Assembly (NCBI GenBank): GCA_030167865.1
Contig: JALAGF010000333.1
Location: 1-64,000 of the forward strand
Origin: Craspedostauros australis
Taxonomy: Eukaryota
Direction of reading: 5' to 3'
DNA length: 64,000 nucleotides
Both the position numbers and the translations under genes were made by a program. Positions 54,795 to 64,000 of this stretch are shown piece by piece. Position 1 is the stretch's first letter. Each line of letters opens with the position of its first letter. Under the pieces are notes generated by a model that made no database searches, was not told the DNA's origin, and worked only from the letters and a program-made list of their open reading frames with translations.

Positions 54795-57263
54795 ATGAAG
54801 TTGCTTTCCATCACAGCCATCGTTGCGGCGACCGCGTTGCTGACTCCCAACGTCAGCGCGTTCACTCCAACCGCGTTGAGAACATCGTCGCCGCTGATCC
54901 ATGGAGGAGGCAGCCGAACTGCCCCTGTCCTCACCGTTCTGTCAGCGACCGAGGAGGCCAAAGAGACGGAGAAGCAGCTGCGCAAGGAGATCGAAGCGCG
55001 CAATTCCTTGGTCAAGGATGAGGGCCAATACGCCGTCGCAGACGGCGATCGTCTCAGCGCAGGCTTGGACGAGGAGCAGGACAGCATGGATAATGGATCC
55101 GCCGCGGCAGCCCACGACGATGCCCTCAGCGAAACGATGGAGCGCCTGACAAAGCCACGCGCCTACCCGCTGTTCCTCGCGGAAAAGGCCGCCGAAGTGC
55201 TCGAGAGCACCCTGCAGGACTTCCTGCCAGGACCCACCGACGATGCTCCCAATGGAACGAAGGAGCGTCTCGTCATTCTGGGCACGGGATGGGGATCGGC
55301 CGCATTCCTCTCCGAAATCGATTCCTGCATGTACGATGTCACCGTCATTTCGCCACGCAACTACTTCCTCTTCACGCCCATGCTGGCAGGTGCCAGCGTC
55401 GGCACTGTGGAATTCCGTTCCATCACGGAGCCCATCCGTCAGGTGAGCATGCGTTGCACTTGTGTGTTGTCGTGACGAGCGCGCAATTTATCGTGTGCTT
55501 GGCGCACGTTTGGTTGTGCTCAAACACAGTTGCAGAGACAACTCGCATTGTTGGGGCATACGCGTAATGACCAGTCCACTCGAACGAGAAAGCAGCAGTC
55601 CAATTCATCAACCACTTCCCTATTTCTTATAATACTCCACACCTTCTCACATTACTTGCATTCTACTGCTCTCTCTCTCTCCCTGCAATCGCAATCACAC
55701 AGCTCAATGGCAAAGCCATGTACATGGAGGCCACCGCCACATCCGTGGACCCGGACTCCCGAACCATCACGTGCGAATCCGTAATCTGTGATGGCAATGC
55801 CTGCGATATTGAAGACTTCACCGTCGAATACGACCGTCTCCTCGTCACCGTCGGTGCCCAAACCAACACCTTCGGCATCCCCGGTGTTCGGGAGCATTGC
55901 AATTACTTGCGACAGATCGAGGATGCGCGTCGCGTCCGCACCTCCATCGTCAACTGCTTCGAACGTGCCAATTTGCCTCATTTGACCGACGAAGAGCGCG
56001 TTAAGAATCTCACGTTTGCTGTCATTGGAGCCGGTCCCACTGGAATGTGAGTTGCGTATATGTGGGTGTGTTGGTGGGTGGGTGTTGGTGGGTGTTGGAG
56101 AAGGTTGAAGAATGGTGCATCGATGTGTACAGTCTGCCATGTTCGTATCCGAAGTGCCGTGCAAGCAATTGTCGCATCCAAGTCTCACCGTGTTTGGTTC
56201 CATGTTTGGTTCCATTTTCTCAATCAACCCCTTCGATGGACGCCTGCAATCGACACATGCATTGATGGATCAAATGATACATACTGTCAAATGCCCCACA
56301 TATGCACATTTGCAATCACCATCAAACCTGCACAGCGAGTTCGCCGCTGAGCTGCGTGATTTCATTGAGCAGGACGGGCCAAAGTTCTACCCCAACCTGC
56401 TCAAGTTCGTGCGCATCAAGGTCATTGAGGCGTCCGGCACCGTCCTTGCACCGTTCGATAAGTCCTTGCAGGAGGAGGCGATCGCACAGATGAACAGACA
56501 GGTCGAGATCAAGGACCCGGAGGTCGCCAAGCTGTTGCCAGACCGATTCAAGCTGGTGGAGTTGCTGCTCGAGAGCTCCGTGAAGGAGGTCACCGAAAAG
56601 ACCATCTTCCTCAACGACGGTTCCTCTTTGGATTACGGATTGTCCGTCTGGGCCGCAGGCAACGGGCCGCTTCCATTCACGCTCGATCTCATCGAGAAGC
56701 TCGGTGAGGAGCAGGCCAGCCAGCAGGACTCCGCGCGTGGACGCATCGCCACCGATCCCTGGATGAGAGCCTACGGCAGCAAGGGATCCGTCATCGCCTT
56801 CGGTGACTGCTCCTGCATCACCCAGGGCATGCTTCCGGCCACAGCGCAGGTCGCATCGCAGCAGGGTGAGTATTTGGCCAAGCTCATGAACAAGAAGTAC
56901 GACCTGAGCCCGGAGGTGTCCCAGTCGGGCGTCCTGCCACCACCCACAAAGCAGAAATCTTCCAAGAACGCAACTCCGTCGCTTTCCGACGTGATCGCCA
57001 GCGTGTCGACCAAGTCCATCGAGTACGCCAAACCATTCCAGTTCCTCAACTTGGGAATATTGGCCTACACCGGAGGCGGCTCCGCGTTGGCGCAGGTATC
57101 CGCCGTGCCCGACACGGATCCGATCAAGGGGACCGGACAGGTCGGAAATGCCGTGTGGAAGGCCGTCTACTTGAGCAAGCAATTCTCCGTCCGCAACCGT
57201 CTGCTCGTCCTCAACGACTGGACGAACCGGCAGATATTTGGACGCGACATCACCAGACTGTAG
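54795..57263 (+). CDS. Type II NAD(P)H dehydrogenase (NDH-2), predicted plastid-targeted
   Basis: Exons 54795-55442, 55703-56046 and 56336-57263 (GT-AG, frames join). Motifs VILGTGWG, SPRNYFLFTPML, GAGPTGIEFAAEL, AFGDC, PATAQVASQQG. Presequence VSA-FTPT. Confidence 0.93.
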
Positions 57264-58427
57264 AGTGATGGGATGATTGGATCGGATCGATAAGTTGCAT
57301 GGCTGCTTGCTTGCGTGCAAGGAGCGCCTTTCTCTCGACGCGGGGAGGGGGTGCAAGTACGCGCATACATCATACAGAGAATGAGTTGGGAGAGCACCGC
57401 CGCATGGACGGAATAGTTGGAATCATATGAAATACTAACACTATGGAAGGTACCCCACTCTTACTCGACGATCCTCGTGCGGATATACTCGTGCGAGTAG
57501 TACGACCTGTGCTGGTACCCACACCGGCAGCATGCTTCACATCGTCGTGCTCGTGCTGCTTGGTCATATTCCATTTGTCTCTTGTTTGGATTGAAGATGA
57601 ACAATTGCGGTCCCTCCGTTGGATCATGATTCTACATGCACTCGAGCTGTTCCAAAACATGTTGCCCGTCTGGATGACAAAGCGAAGGCCTCACCCTTCT
57701 GCTCGGGTTCCCCATTGAAAATATCAGCGGTGATCACTTGGTGCCGTGCGACCTGCGCCTTCGCTTCGGAGATGACGGACAGCGCAGAGGAAGGATCTGT
57801 CCACGATCAGTCCCGCACCTGCTCGCACGAAGAACGAGTAAGGGGGTCCGTCCTCCCTGTAAATCTGACAGATCGTCTTCCCACTGCCGTCGTCGTTCAC
57901 TTCTTGCTTACCAGCCACCGACATGGGGAAACTTGTAGCGACGGGGCAGATACATCTCTGCAGCAACTTGCTTGGGTCGATAGTAGCATCTGGGATGACA
58001 AAAATGACAATCCTGCATCTTGAACATCAACCGGTACGCCTTGAGAATGCTTCGAACTAGGTAGTATGAACTACATACATCGTAGAATGCACATCACATC
58101 GCCGCAAAGGAAACGAGCATTGTGCATCATGTGCATCTTGTACATAAATGCATCGCAAACAGCGCTTCCAACGAAACGCAATGCACAGCGGCATAGCTGC
58201 GTTGTGCCGCAGCACTGCTCCGGAACGCGTTGGGACTCCGGCAGTTTGCAAGATCAGGCCTCGTGCTCACGTGATGGCTGGCCAGATATACGTGTTGGTG
58301 GCGGTGGCACGAAAATCATGGCCATTCTGTCCCCACGATTGCTGTGATCGTCTTTATCCGCATCGCACGCCATGCATACAGTAAGCTTGCCGATTCGTTC
58401 CTCGCGTAAATTGAACATCGAGAGTTT

Positions 58428-59102
58428 TCAATCTTCATCGCTATCATCATCATCATCGCTGCTACTGCTGCTGGAGTCGCTGAGGTTCATTGTGGTAGCA
58501 ATAACCCGCGGCTGATTGCGCGGGGCGCGATTTCTCGGTTGCTGAGAAGCGCGATCCGCGGTGGTGGACGACTGACCCGCAGCCGACTGCTGCCGTTGCT
58601 GCGTCTTGGCGTTGCCGCTGCTGGGATCATCCGTCTTGCCTGCGGCTGCGGATTGGTTCTTGGCCTCCTCCTCCGCTGCCTTCTTCTTCGTCTCCCTGGC
58701 CTTGGCCTCCTCCTCTTCCTCTCGCTTGCGCTTCTTGTCGCGCTCCGACTGGCGTGCCTGGTTGAGCTGCAGAGTCGCCAACGCTCCGCCCCGCAACTGA
58801 TGCGGCAGCGGGTTCGGCGTGCAAAAGCCCACCACCGGAGCGTTGGGGTTCCAACCAGCCGGCGCCGACGTCCTCGCGGAGTAGTTCCTCGCGACGGCCA
58901 GGACCTGCTGCACTTCCTGCATCGTGCGGGGGATGGGGCGCACGCGCTTCTTGAACTGATCGCGCGACGAAGTGGATTTGGAGAGCCACGGCTCCACCGT
59001 CTCCAGCTTCGCCGTGATGGATCGCTCCACCTCGATCATTTCCCGCAGTCTCGACAGCAGATCCGCGTCTGGCTTTCGTTGTTCGCCTCTTTCCTCCATC
59101 AT
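58428..59102 (-). CDS. MED4: Mediator subunit MED4-like protein
   Basis: VLAVARNYSARTSAPAGWNP..PNPLPHQLRGGAL matches the conserved MED4 C-terminal motif; acidic/Ser tail. Confidence 0.7.
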   Translation of the reverse strand: MMEERGEQRKPDADLLSRLREMIEVERSITAKLETVEPWLSKSTSSRDQFKKRVRPIPRTMQEVQQVLAVARNYSARTSAPAGWNPNAPVVGFCTPNPLPHQLRGGALATLQLNQARQSERDKKRKREEEEEAKARETKKKAAEEEAKNQSAAAGKTDDPSSGNAKTQQRQQSAAGQSSTTADRASQQPRNRAPRNQPRVIATTMNLSDSSSSSSDDDDDSDED

Positions 59103-59827
59103 AGTAGTCCTCGTATTGTGTTGGTCCTGGTTTGCCTCGTTGCCTTGTTGTGTCGTTGTGTCGTTGTGTCGTCGGAGCGAGAGTGTTGCGTTTGTGCTTG
59201 GGTGGTGCCGCATCTGTGGCCTTCGTCGTTGTTGCTCTTGTCATCGTTGTTGTTGTTGGGAACACAACACAGCGAAACAAAAGATCTGGTTGTTCATGTA
59301 ATTCGTTGCGTGACTGACTGTCTGTTTGCGTTTCTCACATGGCTGTCTACACACTATTAGGCACATTCGGCATGTTTCAGTCTGCACTTCTACCGTCTGA
59401 GAAACAACAAGGGTTTCTCAGCTGATCTAGATCACAAAGTGCTTGTGTGTTGGTTGCTCAAGGCACCATGACAAACTATCTGACCAGCGCCAGTGCTCTA
59501 AACGATCGTTTGTCGTCATGGGAGAAAGTAACAACCCAGTTATCACCTCTGATGCACACATGGCGTGGCCAAGAACATTGGCTTCGGTCGGTCGTCCTGG
59601 GAGTACGTGAATGGATTGGTTCAGTCGCGGGTTGACATTGGTATCTTTTTGTCCAGAAGCACCAGACATGCGCAGATGCGTAACTGCTTCCGATTGAGCT
59701 GAGGATCGGGCAGAGCGAGCAAGGGAGGGACAGGAGCAGACATCGGTTGCCACTTCGTCCCATGCTTGGATTGACATGAGCGGACGCAACGACACAGGAA
59801 GAGAATAATTGCAAAGCAGCTCTTGCG

Positions 59828-61249
59828 ATGTCAACGAAGCCAACAATCGTGAAGACCAGATGCGCGCCTCGGTGGTGGCAGACCTGTGCCTGGATCTCAG
59901 TGTGGCTGCTTGTTGTGCAACTGCACCATGCACCCGACGTGATGGCATGGTCGCCATCGTCGTTCCTGAGGAGCAGCCGAAGCGTGATCCTTCCCGTTGC
60001 ATCGACAACACCATGTCTTGCAGCAATGATTGGTAATCAGTTCAGGCCGGCGGGAGAGAGCAAGGCGCTATTTGGGCAAGCCGTTGACCGACCGAGCCGT
60101 CGACGTTGCCGCAGGTTCACGTCGTATCTCGCTGTGGCTGGATCTTCTTCGTTGGACGCTGACGGTGATGGCGGTGTCGATAATACCGACAATGACAGTG
60201 GATCCAGCGCAATGGAGAACGCCCAATCCAGTGCGCATTCAGTATTATCAGGATCGGAGGCAGCGGGAGTGGCCGCCCAGCAAAGCGCTATCGCAGATAT
60301 CCGTAGCTGTTCCAGATGGCTCATATGTTCCGCCATCTTTGACATGATTATCAATTCGATCATTTCGGAGAAGGTGATCCCAACCTTGCAGCTCTGGCGT
60401 CAAGGTGAATGGTATGTCACGGACATGGAAGAGTCGCTGCTTCTGGTTCTGGAGCCAGTGTGGAAGATTGCGCTGTCCGTTGGATTGCTGGGAGAGTACG
60501 GTGGCGCGCAACAGAGCAGAAATGGCAGCAAAGATGCTGGCAACGATGCTGGGCAGACGATTGATGCCACAAAGCCGCAGGAGTCGCTGGTGTCTCGATG
60601 GACAACGACGGCCAAGTTGTGGAGAGAATCGTCGTGGTTCTTTGCTTTCACTGCATGCGTCGAATTCACGGAGATATTCCATGACGATGTGAGGGCATGG
60701 TTGGCCATGATTGCCACCTGCATCTTCGGGTCCTTGTGGATGAGACGTTGGACGCAGATGCAGTTGAGTGGACGCCTGGATGACTCTTCGTTCGCCACGA
60801 CGGGATATCGGGTTGTGCGCAACATGGCGCTGTGCTCCGGGGCGTTGCTCCTGCAAACCATCGTGGGAATAGCGCTGGCATTCAGCAGCGTCTTCGTAGA
60901 GTCTAAGGAGAGAGGTCTTGCTATTGGCGATGCGTTCCTTGGCGCGTTTGGAAATACGAAGGCTATTTCCACGTTGCTGCTGAGATTGGTGAGCGTACGG
61001 ACCCCGCTGATCATGGGGTGGTTGCTGTGGAGGTTGCGCAAGGCGACAGCGACGACGGTCATCGCTTCCATGGAGTCAGGTGGTGCTGATGCTGGACGCA
61101 ATGAAGGCGACGAGAAGGTGGGAGACAAGCTGTGGGATGCGCAGTCCAACTTTTACAGGAAGGTGCGAGACACGATGAGAGGAGAAGTCCTCTCGAAGAC
61201 GACGGCCCTGGTTGCGCTCAGATTGGTTTCGCTACTTAAGTTCATCTGA
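59828..61249 (+). CDS. Hypothetical multi-pass membrane protein, possibly plastid-targeted
   Basis: 473-aa ORF with signal-like N-terminus, MA-WSPSS plus an Arg/Ser-rich transit-like stretch, and about 6 hydrophobic segments. Confidence 0.65.
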   Translation: MSTKPTIVKTRCAPRWWQTCAWISVWLLVVQLHHAPDVMAWSPSSFLRSSRSVILPVASTTPCLAAMIGNQFRPAGESKALFGQAVDRPSRRRCRRFTSYLAVAGSSSLDADGDGGVDNTDNDSGSSAMENAQSSAHSVLSGSEAAGVAAQQSAIADIRSCSRWLICSAIFDMIINSIISEKVIPTLQLWRQGEWYVTDMEESLLLVLEPVWKIALSVGLLGEYGGAQQSRNGSKDAGNDAGQTIDATKPQESLVSRWTTTAKLWRESSWFFAFTACVEFTEIFHDDVRAWLAMIATCIFGSLWMRRWTQMQLSGRLDDSSFATTGYRVVRNMALCSGALLLQTIVGIALAFSSVFVESKERGLAIGDAFLGAFGNTKAISTLLLRLVSVRTPLIMGWLLWRLRKATATTVIASMESGGADAGRNEGDEKVGDKLWDAQSNFYRKVRDTMRGEVLSKTTALVALRLVSLLKFI

Positions 61250-61642
61250 GTGTGTGAGTGTGTGCGTGTGTACGACTATGAATGATAGTTATAAGCGCAA
61301 ATATACAAAGCAGTGTACGTTTCATGCGAGAATCAACGCATTCATCACATGAATCAAGCGTGGCGTTCGTTCTGAGGAACTGTTGATTCATGAGGAGCCC
61401 ATTCGTACAGGAATGGTTGAGCTTGGCTTACCCAAGTCCACGCATCTACAGTTCTGAGCAGGTAGAGAGGGAGAGAAAGAGAGAGGTGTCTAAAGATTGC
61501 AACAGGTTGGTCTATAATGTGGTTATTGGTGACATCTAAATGAAGGATCGCGAGCTTGAGATGAGAGAAGGAGAGAAAAGAAGAGAAGAGGTACAAATTC
61601 GAGCACACAGAACGCGCATGGGTGGAGTCTTGGTCTTTGTTC

Positions 61643-61678
61643 GTTTGAGTAGGAACAAAAGTTCCTTGTTTGTTTGTT
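61643..61678 (-). promoter_or_regulatory. Conserved 3' element with stem-loop downstream of H3
   Basis: AACAAACAAACA-AGGAAC-TTTT-GTTCCT-ACTCAAAC, identical to 63425-63460. Confidence 0.75.
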
Positions 61679-61906
61679 GTTTGATTGCTTGGTGTTGCTT
61701 GTGTTTGTTGGCCGAATCGATGGGAGACGAGCTGGTGCGGATCGCTGCAAGTGCACGTGAAGGAGGGTTTAGTTCCCACGCATGCAATCGCAGCATCCGT
61801 TGCCCAGCACGGTAGCGCGCTGCGCGGAGGCAAACGGCCACTCCATCGGTTCGTGTTCGTGTTTGTTTTCGTGTGCTCGATGTCACTTGGTGTGGACACT
61901 GTGCAC

Positions 61907-62392
<486 letters not shown>

Positions 62393-62401
62393 TCACTGTG
62401 A

Positions 62402-63271
<870 letters not shown>

Positions 63272-63424
63272 GTGATACGATCGCTCTACCGCACAGCAAT
63301 AGAAAAGCGTGCGAGAACCACCAACGCCAAACAACACACATGGGACTTCTGATTGACCAACTGCACAAAACGAGCAGTGAAAGCAGCAACGAAAACAAAA
63401 AATACAAACAACAACAAACAAACA

Positions 63425-63460
63425 AACAAACAAACAAGGAACTTTTGTTCCTACTCAAAC
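63425..63460 (+). promoter_or_regulatory. Conserved 3' element with stem-loop downstream of H4
   Basis: Same 36 nt as the H3 element; hairpin at 63437-63452. Confidence 0.75.
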
Positions 63461-64000
63461 CAACAAAGCCAACAACTCCAAACCTGTCCTGCGCTTGTGC
63501 ATTTGCAGATTCATTTTGCTGCCTGTTGTCGACTCATCCGCATCCAGCCAATTTTGTGCACGCAGCATACACTCCTCGTCAGTGGTCAATCGGCAGATTG
63601 CAACAATCAAAGCTATTCCACATCTAAAACATAATAATATAATTGTACACATTCATTTACCAATCCAACACGCCGCGCGCCTTTTCATAGACCGTAGCAA
63701 ACTTAGCGCGTACTTATGATAGCAGCAACGAGCGTGATGACAACCAGCGCAGATCCGGTGATGATCATCCACAACCCTGTTGAGACGTGGTGAGACGCGG
63801 TGCTGTTACGTCAACATGCTCTCACATTCGACCACGATTGCAGACAAGTGCGGACAAATGCACGTGATCAGAAATGGCCGAGATTTCTGTGTTCGGTTTT
63901 CAGAATTGGGTCTACTTCTGTACTCGGCGCGCACCTTCCCACATTTTCCGCACCAACACGCAAACACACACAAAACCGTTCCATGCATCGCATAACAGGA

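Overview
Eukaryotic nuclear DNA, most likely a pennate diatom. This is inferred from bipartite plastid presequences (signal peptide then F/W), diatom-style SBP-GPCR, BTB and HMG proteins, and short GT-AG introns. About 24 protein genes are supported: a P-loop NTPase-like orphan, a head-to-head pair of class C GPCR-like 7TM receptors with ABC-transporter-type solute-binding domains, PUS7, two Tim44-like paralogs, a secreted Cys-rich mucin-like protein, three related ankyrin genes (two with BTB) with an F-box/WD40 gene between the BTB pair, a MOSC protein, a GNAT, PrimPol, PP1, SmB, an HMG-box factor, an alpha/beta-hydrolase-like protein, a VOC protein, NDH-2, MED4, a membrane protein and a divergent H3/H4 pair. 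Three observations stand out. (1) The two divergent receptors look reciprocally degenerate and carry register-matched coiled coils, suggesting a GABA-B-like heterodimer. (2) An identical 36-nt element containing a non-canonical stem-loop lies downstream of both H3 and H4. (3) The ANK-BTB paralogs have divergent ankyrin domains but an identical linker. All calls come from reading motifs by eye; no database searches were run.
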